DNA of 64,000 nucleotides, taken from the NCBI RefSeq assembly GCF_014287675.1, contig NZ_JACOPQ010000002.1, positions 168,649-232,648 of the forward strand, in the 5' to 3' direction. The translations under genes and the position numbers were made by a program. Positions 19,092 to 27,885 of this stretch are shown here, one piece after another. This stretch comes from Lawsonibacter faecis. GTDB taxonomy: Bacteria; Bacillota; Clostridia; Oscillospirales; Oscillospiraceae. The notes beneath the pieces are model-generated. The model made no database searches, was not told the DNA's origin, and was given only the letters and a program-made list of their open reading frames with translations. Each line of letters opens with the position of its first letter. Position 1 is the stretch's first letter.

Positions 19092-20063
19092 TTACAGATT
19101 CTCCTGGGCCTCCATCTGCTGGCTCATGGCCTGGTCAAAGTGCTCGTTGATCTGCTTGGTGAACTCCAGCGCGGCGTTGTAGCCCATCTTCTTGTGGCGG
19201 TTGTTCATGGCCGCCACCTCGATGATCACCGCCAGATTCCGCCCGGGCTTCACCGGCACGGTGAGAGCGGGCACCTGGACGTCCAGGATGGTGGAATAGA
19301 GGTTCTCCAGGCCCAGGCGGTCGTACATGGCGCCGTCCTTCCACTGCTCCAGATTGACCACCAGATCGATGCTGGAGGCCTCCTTGATGGCGGACATGCC
19401 GAACAGCCGCCGCACGTCGATGACGCCGATGCCCCGCAGCTCGATATAGTGGCGGATGAGCTCCGGCGCGGTGCCGATGAGCCGCTTGTCGCTGGCCCGC
19501 TTGATCTCCACCGCGTCGTCTGCGATGAGGCGGTGGCCCCGCTTCACCAGCTCAATGGCGGTCTCGCTCTTGCCCACGCCGGACTCGCCCAGCAGGAGGA
19601 TGCCCTCGCCGTAGATCTCCACCAGCACGCCGTGGCGTGTGATGCGGGGGGACAGCTCGCTGCGCAGGTAGGCGATGAGCGCGCTCATAAAGGACGAGGT
19701 GGTCTCCTGGGTGCGCAGGATGGTGCGGTCGTACTTCTCCGCCATCTCCATGCACTCGGGGAAGGGCTCCATCTCCCGGGTGATCACCACGGCCGGGATA
19801 TCCTGGGCCAAAAGGCTGTCGAAGCAGGCCCGGCGGGCCTCCGCCGTCAGTCCCGACAGATAGGTGGTCTCCACCTTGCCCAGCACCTGGATGCGGGTGG
19901 GGTCGAAGTAGTCGAAAAAGCCGATGAGCTGAAGGCCGGGGCGGTTCACGTCCTCCGTTCGGATGGCGCGGCGCTCGTAGCCCCTGCCGCCCCGCAGCAC
20001 CTCCAGATTGAACTCCTGGATTAGTTTCTCCAGCGAAACGCTGTATAAGCTCTCCACAGGCAT
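19092..20063 (-). CDS. hprK: HPr kinase/phosphorylase
   Basis: P-loop GESGVGKSE and the HprK C-terminal domain. Start set at MPVESLY (alternative 20114). Confidence 0.85.
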   Translation of the reverse strand: MPVESLYSVSLEKLIQEFNLEVLRGGRGYERRAIRTEDVNRPGLQLIGFFDYFDPTRIQVLGKVETTYLSGLTAEARRACFDSLLAQDIPAVVITREMEPFPECMEMAEKYDRTILRTQETTSSFMSALIAYLRSELSPRITRHGVLVEIYGEGILLLGESGVGKSETAIELVKRGHRLIADDAVEIKRASDKRLIGTAPELIRHYIELRGIGVIDVRRLFGMSAIKEASSIDLVVNLEQWKDGAMYDRLGLENLYSTILDVQVPALTVPVKPGRNLAVIIEVAAMNNRHKKMGYNAALEFTKQINEHFDQAMSQQMEAQENL

Positions 20064-20243
20064 TCCCTCCCTGTTGTCATTAGTCCCCTTCAGTATACAC
20101 GCTCCGGCCTCCATTTACAATAAAAACCGTACCGCGCAGGCCCGGCCGGCCCCAATGCCGCCCCGTCCGCCGTCCCCCGCCAATCGGCCGCCCGCCCCCC
20201 ATGCAGCGCACAAAAATCTTCTGTCGCGTTTTGAAAAAAATAC

Positions 20244-20272
20244 TTGCTTTTTCTTTCTATTTCTGCTATCAT
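20244..20272 (+). promoter_or_regulatory. rpmB promoter
   Basis: -35 TTGCTT, 17-nt spacer, -10 TATCAT; followed by RBS gaggagg. Confidence 0.5.
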
Positions 20273-20322
20273 ATCACTCGATGCTTTGTAAGCAAACCTG
20301 ACGAGCGAGGAGGTTCAAGCGA

Positions 20323-20511
20323 ATGGCCAAATGTGAATTTTGCGATAAGGGCGTCGTATTCGGCATCCAGGTTTCCCACTCTCACCGCCGCTCTAATCGT
20401 CCCTGGAAGCCCAATGTGAAGCGCGTCAAGGCTATCGTGGACGGCGCGCCCAAGCACGTCCATGTGTGCACCAGATGCCTCCGTTCGGGTAAGGTCACCC
20501 GCGCCGTGTGA
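20323..20511 (+). CDS. rpmB: 50S ribosomal protein L28
   Basis: MAKCEFCDKGVVFGIQVSHSHRRSNRPWKPNVKRV is an L28 signature. Confidence 0.92.
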   Translation: MAKCEFCDKGVVFGIQVSHSHRRSNRPWKPNVKRVKAIVDGAPKHVHVCTRCLRSGKVTRAV

Positions 20512-20529
20512 TTGATAACGAACGCAAAT

Positions 20530-20572
20530 AAACCCCCAGAGCCGCGAAGGCTCTGGGGGTTTATTGTTTTTT
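20530..20572 (+). terminator. Rho-independent terminator of rpmB
   Basis: aaacccccagagcc-gcga-aggctctgggggttt followed by attgtttttt. Confidence 0.85.
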
Positions 20573-20691
20573 CACCGCGCCTTCATCCCCCAATGAGTTT
20601 CAGGGGCAGATTCACCGAATACCGGAGAGGCTTTCAGGCTACAATATTCCTTTATAAAGCAGCTTTTACAGCGCAAAAAGGAGACCGACTT

Positions 20692-21267
20692 ATGAAACAC
20701 CAGGTTTGGCTAATCCGGGCCCTCGCTTTGGGCGCCGTCTTTTTCCTTGCCGTTTTGCTGGCGAAGCCCATCGGCGTATCCACCCAGTTTTCCGTGCTCT
20801 CCGGCATTCTCCACAGCGCCGTGGACGAGACGGTTATCACGGAAAACCCCGAGCGCGGGACCGGGTATGAGAGCACAAACGCCTATTATGACAGGGGCGG
20901 CGGCAAGCTGGCGCAAGCCATCGCGAACCCTTGGAATTACGAGTTTGTATTTGTGTTGGCAATTCCGGTCGGCGCCTATGCCGCGTATGCGGCGAACGAT
21001 AAGAAGCGCCGCAGTCAGATGAGCGACGCCGGGCAGCTTCCGGGAGCACCACGCCAGAGCTTCTTGCGCCGGTACCTGCCGGCCTTTCTGGGCGGCTTCA
21101 TTATCCTGTACGGGGCAAGGATGGCGGACGGCTGCACCAGCGGCCACATGATGAGCGGGATGATGCAGGGAAGCGTCAGCGGTTATTTCTTCGCCGCCGC
21201 GGCTTTTGCCACGGCGATCCCCTCGGCGCTCATCGCCCGCCGGACGGCAATCAGGGGAGGGAAATAG
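20692..21267 (+). CDS. YeeE/YedE family protein (sulfur-compound transporter component), half-size, first of a pair
   Basis: Multi-TM protein with the conserved Cys motif (ADGCTSGH); RBS aaaggag. A homologous gene follows 1 nt after the stop. Confidence 0.7.
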   Translation: MKHQVWLIRALALGAVFFLAVLLAKPIGVSTQFSVLSGILHSAVDETVITENPERGTGYESTNAYYDRGGGKLAQAIANPWNYEFVFVLAIPVGAYAAYAANDKKRRSQMSDAGQLPGAPRQSFLRRYLPAFLGGFIILYGARMADGCTSGHMMSGMMQGSVSGYFFAAAAFATAIPSALIARRTAIRGGK

Positions 21268-21268
21268 A

Positions 21269-21832
21269 ATGGATATCGTTCTTGCGATTATTTCCGGACT
21301 TCTCTTTGGATATGCACTCTACCTGGTCGGCGCGACCTCCCCCAAAAAGATTGTCTCAATGCTGAGGCTGGAGGATTTGACGCTGATGAAGACCATCGTT
21401 TTGGCCATTGGGTTTGCCAGCATTCTGCTGTCCCTCTTCAGTATGCCGGGACTCTTGAATATCGGGCACCTGAGCGTAAAAACGATGAACCTCGGCGTAA
21501 TAACCGGAGGGCTGCTGTTCGGAATCGGATTTGGCACGGTCGGAACTTGTCCCGGCACCTGCGTGGCGGCCACCTCCAGCGGCGGCGCCCGAAAAGCCGT
21601 CAGCGCCGTGCTGGGCGGGCTTTTGGGCGCCTGGGCGTTTTCCATGACCTACGGGTGGTGGAGCAGCGTCGGACTGTTCTCCGTAATGGATTGGGGAAAG
21701 CTGACCCTCTTCCATATTTCAGATAAATTCCCGTCCGTCTTTTCTCTCGGTTACGCCGGACTGCTGATTGTCGGCATCCTGTTTGTCATTTCAGCGCTGA
21801 TTCTGCCGGGCGGACGCGGAGATCCCTCGTGA
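21269..21832 (+). CDS. YeeE/YedE family protein, second half-size paralog
   Basis: GFGTVGTCPGTCVA motif; RBS ggggaggg; translationally coupled to the preceding gene. Confidence 0.7.
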   Translation: MDIVLAIISGLLFGYALYLVGATSPKKIVSMLRLEDLTLMKTIVLAIGFASILLSLFSMPGLLNIGHLSVKTMNLGVITGGLLFGIGFGTVGTCPGTCVAATSSGGARKAVSAVLGGLLGAWAFSMTYGWWSSVGLFSVMDWGKLTLFHISDKFPSVFSLGYAGLLIVGILFVISALILPGGRGDPS

Positions 21833-22043
21833 TAGCCGCAGGGCCGGGATGATAAATCCCGGCCCTGCGGCATACTTGGGAGGTTATCAGCGGTGTGGGC
21901 GGCCTGCCCGAAGCGTCAGAGGCTGAGGCCGCAAAGCAAAAAGCGGCGGCCCAATCCGGGGGCATCCGGGGCGGCAGACAAATCCTGTTTCGCTCCCCCT
22001 CGAATCGGCATATCATGTGTTATACCGATTAGGAGGTGCCAAT

Positions 22044-22505
22044 ATGATCATGCAGGCCATCGTCATCGAGGTTCAGTTGGGGCGTCTGCTCGTGCTGGAT
22101 CTGGATACACGGCAACAGGTCATTGTAAATACATCAGAGTTTCGCCGTTTTCGTACCGGCGACCTCGTGAATATCTGGTATAACGGTGTTATGACAAAAA
22201 GCATTCCCCCGCAGATTACCGCTCTGGGGATTATTGCGGTGCAGGGCGAGATGCCCCCTCTGTTTCCCCCGGGCGTCGCGCCCTGTCCGCCGAACGTGTG
22301 TCCGCCGGTGGTCAGGCCGCCTATCATCGTCCCGCCCATTTTCCCGCCGTTCTTCCCGCCCATCGTCCGCCCGCCGGTAGGTCCCCGTCCACCGGTGGGT
22401 CCCCGTCCCCCGGCGGGCCCACGTCCACCGGTCGGCCCACGTCCCCCGGCGGGCCCACGTCCACCGGTCGGCCCACGTCCCCCGGCGGGCCCACGCCCCA
22501 GATAG
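22044..22505 (+). CDS. Small protein of unknown function (paralog 1 of 3): conserved roughly 65-aa N-domain plus a proline-rich (GPRPPV/A)n tail
   Basis: RBS aggagg 7 nt before ATG. N-domain MIMQAIVIEVQLGRLLVLDLDTRQQVIVNTSEFRRFRTGDLVNIWYNGVMTKSIPPQITA is shared with the ORFs at 22757 and 57714. The tail is PVVRPPIIVPPIFPPFFPPIVRPP(VGPRPPAGPRPP)3. Confidence 0.65.
   Translation: MIMQAIVIEVQLGRLLVLDLDTRQQVIVNTSEFRRFRTGDLVNIWYNGVMTKSIPPQITALGIIAVQGEMPPLFPPGVAPCPPNVCPPVVRPPIIVPPIFPPFFPPIVRPPVGPRPPVGPRPPAGPRPPVGPRPPAGPRPPVGPRPPAGPRPR
22378..22497 (+). repeat. Coding tandem repeat, 18-bp unit (xGPRPP), about 6.5 copies
   Basis: ggtccccgtccaccggtg / ggtccccgtcccccggcg ... direct repeats. Confidence 0.8.
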
Positions 22506-22756
22506 TCCGGCCATGCCGCCCCCGACCCGGGGAGGCTTTTTATCCTTTGCCGCAAAAACAGCGCGCAGCGTCCATGTTTATCCCTCCCGCTCCCGGCCGG
22601 ATATCATAATTCCCGACGGACAAACTCCCCGGGAGGTGCGTCGCGCCCCGGCGGATTGCCGGGCAGCTTTTTTTCCACACCGGGCGGTATTTTGACACCT
22701 CCATCATGCTTTCGACATAGTATGCCATGTATGAATGATGGATGGAGGTGTCTTTT

Positions 22757-22966
22757 ATGAATACGACAATGTGTGCAACCGTCTGCAGGGTTCGCAGCGG
22801 TTCGCTGCTCGTCTGCGACCACTGCACAAACCAATTTGTAGTCGTCCATACAAACCGCGCCCGCTGTTTCTGCCCCGGCAGCCACGTCTGTATACACTAC
22901 AACGGCGTGATGGCCCAGAGTATGCCGCCTCAAATCAACGCCGACTGCATCGAGTGCTGCCGCTGA
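22757..22966 (+). CDS. Small cysteine-rich protein (paralog 2 of 3), 69 aa with 9 Cys
   Basis: RBS ggatggaggtg. LLVCDHCTNQFVVVHTNRARCFCPGSHVCIHYNGVMAQSMPPQINADCIECCR aligns with the paralog-1 N-domain (YNGVM..S.PPQI). Confidence 0.6.
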   Translation: MNTTMCATVCRVRSGSLLVCDHCTNQFVVVHTNRARCFCPGSHVCIHYNGVMAQSMPPQINADCIECCR

Positions 22967-23100
22967 CGCTTTCCGCCTGCCCGCCCGGGCAGGCGTTACA
23001 TCTCCCGCCCCTTTCCTCCTCCCCCTCTTCTTGCGCCGGACGCCGCCCCCTCACGGCCCCTTCCCCCGCCGCATAGGATGGGCCGAAGGAGGCGAATCCC

Positions 23101-23574
23101 ATGTCCGATCATCCCGGCCGTATTCCCCGCGTGCTGCTGGAGGGCCAGCCCGCGGCCCGCGCCCTCGTCAAGGGGGACGGCTCCCACCCCGAGCTGCGGG
23201 GCGAGGTCCTCTTCTACCCCTATCAGGAGGGCAGCCTGCTGCTGGTCCGGGCGGCGGGCTTCCCCGCCGACGGCTTCTACGGCTTCCATATCCACGAGCT
23301 GGGGGACTGCTGCACCGGCGGCGACATCCCCTTCTACTGCGCCGGCGGGCACTATAACCCCCAGGGCCGGGAGCACCCGGACCACGCCGGGGACCTCCCG
23401 GTCCTCCTCGCCAGCGGCGGGCGGGCCTATACCATCCTCTACACCGGCCGCTTCCGCCCCTGGGAGGTGCTGGACCGCTCGGTGGTCTTCCACGACCACC
23501 CGGACGACTACCGCTCCCAGCCCGCCGGAGACAGCGGCGGACGCATCGCCTGCGGCCCCATCGAGGCGGTCTGA
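23101..23574 (+). CDS. Cu/Zn superoxide dismutase family protein (SodC-like), with no signal peptide
   Basis: GFHIHELGDC, HPDHAGDLP and GDSGGRIACG are the Cu/Zn-SOD metal-ligand motifs; RBS gaaggagg. Confidence 0.75.
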   Translation: MSDHPGRIPRVLLEGQPAARALVKGDGSHPELRGEVLFYPYQEGSLLLVRAAGFPADGFYGFHIHELGDCCTGGDIPFYCAGGHYNPQGREHPDHAGDLPVLLASGGRAYTILYTGRFRPWEVLDRSVVFHDHPDDYRSQPAGDSGGRIACGPIEAV

Positions 23575-23591
23575 TCCCTCTTCCACGGCAC

Positions 23592-23642
23592 AAAAAACGG
23601 GCCGGCCTCCAAAGTCAGGAGGCCGGCCCGTCCGCTTTTTAT
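23592..23642. terminator. Bidirectional terminator between the SodC-like and DMT genes
   Basis: aaaaaacgggccggcctcc-aaagtcagg-aggccggcccgtccgcttttt. Confidence 0.8.
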
Positions 23643-24559
23643 TCGGCGCTCTCCGGCGCGGGGCGGGGCTGCTCCGCGTGGGGCCTGTACTGGGACAGGA
23701 ACAGCCCCGCCAGGGTGAGGGCGGTCCCCGCCACCGCCGCGGCGGTAACGGGCTCGTGGAGGACGACGGCGGAGGTAATGACCGTGATGACGGGCACCAG
23801 GAAGATGTAGACGCTGGTCTTCACCGCCCCCAGCCGCCCCACCGCCGCGTTCCAGGTGACGAAGCACAGCGCGGAGGCGCCCAGGCCCAGATAGAGCAGG
23901 TTTGCCAGGTTCACGCCCTGGGCCAGGGCCGCGAAGTCGGGCCGGAAGCCCAGCAGCGGCAGGGCGGGCAGCATGAAAACAAGCCCGTAGAGGAAAATCC
24001 GGCGGGTGGACTGGACGGTGGAGTACCCGAAGCCCCCGATCCGCCGGGTGAGCAGGGAGTACAGCGACCAGACCAGGGCCGCCAGCAGGGCCAGCAGGTC
24101 CCCGACGGGGTTGAGCTCCAGCGCCGCACTCCCGCCCCAGGTGATGAGGGCCACGCCCCCCAGGGCGGCGGCCAGCCCGGCGAAGAAGGTGGGCCGCAGC
24201 TTCTCCCCCTCGGGCATCAGCCGGGAAATCAGGGCCGTGAAGAGGGGCGACACCGCCACGATGACCCCCACGTTGGAGGCCAGGGTGTAGGTGAGGGCGA
24301 TGTTCTCCAGCAGGAAGTAGAGCGTCACGCCGCAAAGCCCGGCGGCGGCGAAGGTCAGCTCCTGCCGCCGGTCGGTCAGCTTCAGCCGGCGGGGGCACAT
24401 CAGCGCCAGGGCCAGAAAGCCCAGCACAAAGCGCAGGAACAGTATCTCCACCGGCGCGAAGGCGCGCAGCAGCACCTTGGTGGAGATGAAGGTGGTCCCC
24501 CACACCAGGATGGAGAACAGGGCGGCGCCGTGGCCGGCCAGGGTCTCTTTTTCGGGCAT
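23639..24559 (-). CDS. DMT (EamA-like) family transporter
   Basis: 10-TM topology with two EamA repeats; 306 aa. Confidence 0.75.
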   Translation of the reverse strand: MPEKETLAGHGAALFSILVWGTTFISTKVLLRAFAPVEILFLRFVLGFLALALMCPRRLKLTDRRQELTFAAAGLCGVTLYFLLENIALTYTLASNVGVIVAVSPLFTALISRLMPEGEKLRPTFFAGLAAALGGVALITWGGSAALELNPVGDLLALLAALVWSLYSLLTRRIGGFGYSTVQSTRRIFLYGLVFMLPALPLLGFRPDFAALAQGVNLANLLYLGLGASALCFVTWNAAVGRLGAVKTSVYIFLVPVITVITSAVVLHEPVTAAAVAGTALTLAGLFLSQYRPHAEQPRPAPESAE

Positions 24560-24586
24560 CTCGTCACATCCTAAAATTGTCGTCGC

Positions 24587-25417
24587 TTACGCCCTGGGCG
24601 GGCAGCCTGTAAAACACGACTGATACTGCCGGGGGGTGAGCCCGATCAGGTTCTTGAAAAAATTGGTGAAGTGGCTCTGGTCGGAGAAGCCGGTCCGAAG
24701 CGCCACGTCCACCGGCCGCACCCCCTGCTCCAGAAGGCCCTTGGCCCGGTCCACCCGGACGGTCTCCAGATAGCGGTAGGGGGAAATCCCCTTCTGCCGG
24801 GTAAAGGAGCGCAGCAGATAGCATTTGGAGAGTCCCGCCACCCGGGCCAGCGCGTCCAGTGAAATGGTCTCGCCGTAGTGCTCCTCCAGGTAGGCGCACA
24901 CCGCCCGCACCTCGGGGCGGTCCCCCGTGTCCGGCTCGGGCGGAAAGCCGCCGCCGTTTTCCTCCAGGAGCTGTTCCACGAGCAGGAGGAAGCGCTCCTC
25001 CTTGCAGAACTCCCGCTCCTCCCCCGCCACCATCTCATAGACCTCCCGGACCAGTCCGGCCAGCTCGCTCCGGTAGAAGACACACTTGGAAAAGACGGGC
25101 AGGTAGGCCCGTCCGGTGATATTCTCCGTCACCCGCTCCATCACCGGCTCGGTCACGTTGACGCAGCGCCAGTCCAGCGGGTAGGCCCCCACCTGCTCGC
25201 AGGCGTGGGGCTGGCGGGGGTTGAAGATCACCAGGTCCCCCGGCTGGATGAGGTACTGCTGCCCGCCGCAGATGGCGAAGCGCTGGCCGCTCTCGATGAC
25301 GCCGATGACATAGTGCTCATGAAAATGGGTGGGGAACTTCTGTACCACGCCCTTGAAATAGTACGCCTCGACCCCCAGCTCCGGGTCGTAGTAGATCCGC
25401 CGCTCCTCTTTTTCCAT
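24587..25417 (-). CDS. AraC family transcriptional regulator with an N-terminal cupin sensor domain
   Basis: C-terminal HTH_AraC (ISPYRYLETVRVDRAKGLL...GFSDQSHFTNFFK). Start set at MEKEERR, preceded by ggagg. Confidence 0.8.
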   Translation of the reverse strand: MEKEERRIYYDPELGVEAYYFKGVVQKFPTHFHEHYVIGVIESGQRFAICGGQQYLIQPGDLVIFNPRQPHACEQVGAYPLDWRCVNVTEPVMERVTENITGRAYLPVFSKCVFYRSELAGLVREVYEMVAGEEREFCKEERFLLLVEQLLEENGGGFPPEPDTGDRPEVRAVCAYLEEHYGETISLDALARVAGLSKCYLLRSFTRQKGISPYRYLETVRVDRAKGLLEQGVRPVDVALRTGFSDQSHFTNFFKNLIGLTPRQYQSCFTGCPPRA

Positions 25418-25507
25418 GCCGCCCCCTCCTTCCATTGGTATTTTTGCCATTCTATCATACCCCCGCGCCGCGTTCTTGCAGAATATTGCCCTGTGCCGCT
25501 CCGGAGA

Positions 25508-26002
25508 TCACTCCCCCTCCGCCAGCCCGGCCAGGGACTCACCCGCGACGCGGTAGACGGTCCAATCGTCCATGGGCACGGCGCCCAGGGCGCGGTAGAA
25601 CTCAATGCTGGGCGTGTTCCAGTCCAGGCACGACCACTCCAGCCGTCCGCAGCCCCGCTCCGCCGCAATGGCGGCCAGGCGGCGCAGAAACGCCCTCCCA
25701 AAGCCCCGGCCCCGGTATTCCGGGCGCACGTAGAGGTCCTCCAAATAGACCCCCGCCCTGCCCTGGAAGGTCGAAAAATTATGAAAAAACAGCGCGAAGC
25801 CGACGGCCTCGCCGTCCACCTCGCCGATCAGCGCCTCAGCGGCGCCCTTTTCAAACATCCACTCCCGCAGCAGCTCCTCCGTCGCCACCACCTGCCCGGC
25901 CATCTTCTCATACTCCGCCAGCTCCCGGATAAAGGCCAGCACCGCCGCCAGGTCGGTCTGCACGGCGGGACGGATTGTCATTTTGCTCTCGTTTGCATTC
26001 AT
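25508..26002 (-). CDS. GNAT family N-acetyltransferase
   Basis: Acetyl-CoA-binding motif RGRGFGRAFL; 164 aa. Confidence 0.8.
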   Translation of the reverse strand: MNANESKMTIRPAVQTDLAAVLAFIRELAEYEKMAGQVVATEELLREWMFEKGAAEALIGEVDGEAVGFALFFHNFSTFQGRAGVYLEDLYVRPEYRGRGFGRAFLRRLAAIAAERGCGRLEWSCLDWNTPSIEFYRALGAVPMDDWTVYRVAGESLAGLAEGE

Positions 26003-26089
26003 CTGACAGATTTCCCCTTTTCATGGTTTCAATAAAGTATACCACAAGTGGAATACTAGAAGCATCTCTTTCTGAAAGGAGTTTTTACC

Positions 26090-26287
26090 ATGAATTCGCT
26101 TAACCCCATCGCGGACCTGCCCATGGGCCTGGGTATGGCGCTGGCGCAGAACGTGGACGCCATGGAGCAGTTCGCCTCCCTCTCCCCCGACGAGCAGCGC
26201 CAGATCATCGACCAGACCCACACCATCAACTCCAAGAGCGAGATGCAGTCCTTTGTCCAGCACCTGACCAACCAGTACGACCTGTAG
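26090..26287 (+). CDS. Small hypothetical protein (65 aa)
   Basis: RBS aaaggag and a strong terminator immediately downstream. Confidence 0.5.
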   Translation: MNSLNPIADLPMGLGMALAQNVDAMEQFASLSPDEQRQIIDQTHTINSKSEMQSFVQHLTNQYDL

Positions 26288-26331
26288 AGGGAATCCCCCT
26301 GTCTTTTTGGCAGGGGGATTCCCTCTACAGG
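26283..26331 (+). terminator. Rho-independent terminator (20-bp perfect stem)
   Basis: ctgtagagggaatccccctg-tctttttgg-cagggggattccctctacag. Confidence 0.8.
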
Positions 26332-26450
26332 TCAAAAGAAGCCTTCGGGGCTTCTTTTGACGGCAGACCGCATGACGGACGGTGCTCGATTTCTTGGGAA
26401 ACAGTCGCCCCATGCGCTGTGAGAAGTGTCATTTCTCACAGCGCGCTGTC
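26331..26450. repeat. Copy 2 of the dispersed intergenic repeat
   Basis: gtcaaaagaagccttcggggcttcttttgac hairpin + gaccgcatgacggacgg...gagaagtgtcatttc module, homologous to 31039..31145. Confidence 0.7.
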
Positions 26451-26562
26451 CGTCATCCCGTCCGGCCTCAACAGCCACCCGCGTTTCGGGACGCGGCGGC
26501 GGGAAAGGGCACCTTTCTCCCCCCTTTCCCGTAGAATGGGCAGAGAGGGGGTGGCGGAGCCT

Positions 26563-26784
26563 ATGGCTGCATGCGGCAGCGGACCGTCGGGGGAGTTTTT
26601 GCTTATCGTGGCCACCATCGTCTCCATTCAGCTCGGCCAGGGCAGGAGCGCGGAGGAGCTGGGACTCCTCGCCGCCTTTTTCACGGTGCTGGGGGACAAT
26701 CTGGCCCTGCTGGCCGTCACCCGGACCGCGCCGGAGGGCGGCGGCGCCTGCGCCGCGGGGGACGGCACGGACGCGCAGACGTAA
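26563..26784 (+). CDS. Possible small membrane protein (73 aa, two hydrophobic segments); weak call
   Basis: ORF 26419..26784 with an internal Met after an agaggggg RBS; GC-rich coding-like composition and no homology recognised. Confidence 0.3.
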   Translation: MAACGSGPSGEFLLIVATIVSIQLGQGRSAEELGLLAAFFTVLGDNLALLAVTRTAPEGGGACAAGDGTDAQT

Positions 26785-26869
26785 AGGTCTCGTAAAATAG
26801 ATTGATAACCGGACGGGAAGCGTATAAAATAAAGAGGAACATTTACGACGGAAGAAAGCGGGCGAGGCA

Positions 26870-27805
26870 ATGAAATGCGGCGTTGTGGACGTGGGGTCCA
26901 ACACCATCAGGCTGTCCATCTACCGGTGCGAGGGCGGGCGCATCAAGCTCCTCCTGAACAAAAAGGAGATGGCCGGGCTGGCCGGATACATCAGGGACGG
27001 GGTTCTCTCGGACGGCGGCATTCTTGTGGCCTGCCGGGTGCTGTCCGGCTTCCGCGCCCTGCTGGACAATTTCGATATCAGAGAGCTCTACGTCTTCGGC
27101 ACCGCTTCTCTGCGCAACATCGTCAACACCGAGGAGGCGCTGGAGACCATCCGGGAGGTCACCGGCCTGACGGTGGAGGTGCTCACCGGCGCGGAGGAGG
27201 CCCGGCTCTCCTTTCTGGGCGCGGCGACGGGCGGCGGGGCCAGCGCCGGACTGCTGGCCGACATCGGCGGCGGCTCCACGGAGCTGGTGGCCTACAGGGA
27301 CGGGGCGGTCGTCTCCGGGTGCAGCCTGCCCATGGGCTCCCTCTCCCTCTACTCCAGATACGTGGAGGGGCTGTTCCCCACCCAGGAGGAGACCAGGCGC
27401 ATCCGCTCGTTCGCGGCCGAGGAGCTGGAGAAGGCCAGGACCCCGGGCGGCACCTGCAGGCATCTGGTGGGCGTGGGCGGCACCATCCGGGCCGCCGCCA
27501 AGCTCTGCAACGACATCGCCGGGGCCGACCCGGACAACCGCCTCATCCCGGCGGCGGAGCTTCGGGACCTCTATAAGGGGCTGAAAAAGGGGGACAAGAA
27601 CACGCTGCGGCAGATCCTCCGCTCCGCCCCCGACCGGGTGCACACCATACTGCCCGGGCTTATCATCCTCAACACCGTGCTCAAGGCCTATGAGGTGGAG
27701 ACGGTGAGCGTCAGCTCCTGCGGGGTGCGGGAGGGATACCTGCTGGACAGGGTCGTCGGGCGGCAGAAGGACGCCGGCGGCGGCGGCGCGGGCACAGACG
27801 CATAG
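26870..27805 (+). CDS. ppx: Ppx/GppA family phosphatase (exopolyphosphatase)
   Basis: N-terminal VVDVGSNTIRL and ADIGGGSTE, the actin-like ATPase fold motifs of Ppx/GppA. Confidence 0.8.
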   Translation: MKCGVVDVGSNTIRLSIYRCEGGRIKLLLNKKEMAGLAGYIRDGVLSDGGILVACRVLSGFRALLDNFDIRELYVFGTASLRNIVNTEEALETIREVTGLTVEVLTGAEEARLSFLGAATGGGASAGLLADIGGGSTELVAYRDGAVVSGCSLPMGSLSLYSRYVEGLFPTQEETRRIRSFAAEELEKARTPGGTCRHLVGVGGTIRAAAKLCNDIAGADPDNRLIPAAELRDLYKGLKKGDKNTLRQILRSAPDRVHTILPGLIILNTVLKAYEVETVSVSSCGVREGYLLDRVVGRQKDAGGGGAGTDA

Positions 27806-27885
27806 AGGCGGGCGGGGCTTTGTGAACCGCCCCCGGGAGTGACGGAGGGGCGGCAAGGAGACCGCCCCCTATGGAGGTGGGCCGA

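Noticed and set aside
21840-22043. Sigma-K-type promoter call (AC-17-CATAnnnTA) for the small-protein genes
   Set aside because: Only the -10-like CATAnnnTG element is present. The last base differs from consensus and the -35 AC is not consistently spaced. It is kept as a hypothesis in the findings rather than annotated as a feature.
22378-22497. Regular short direct repeats that might suggest a CRISPR array or a collagen-like gene
   Set aside because: The repeats are 18 bp with no spacers, they are in-frame within a CDS encoding (GPRPPV/A)n, and they are not Gly-X-Y triplets. No CRISPR array exists in this window.
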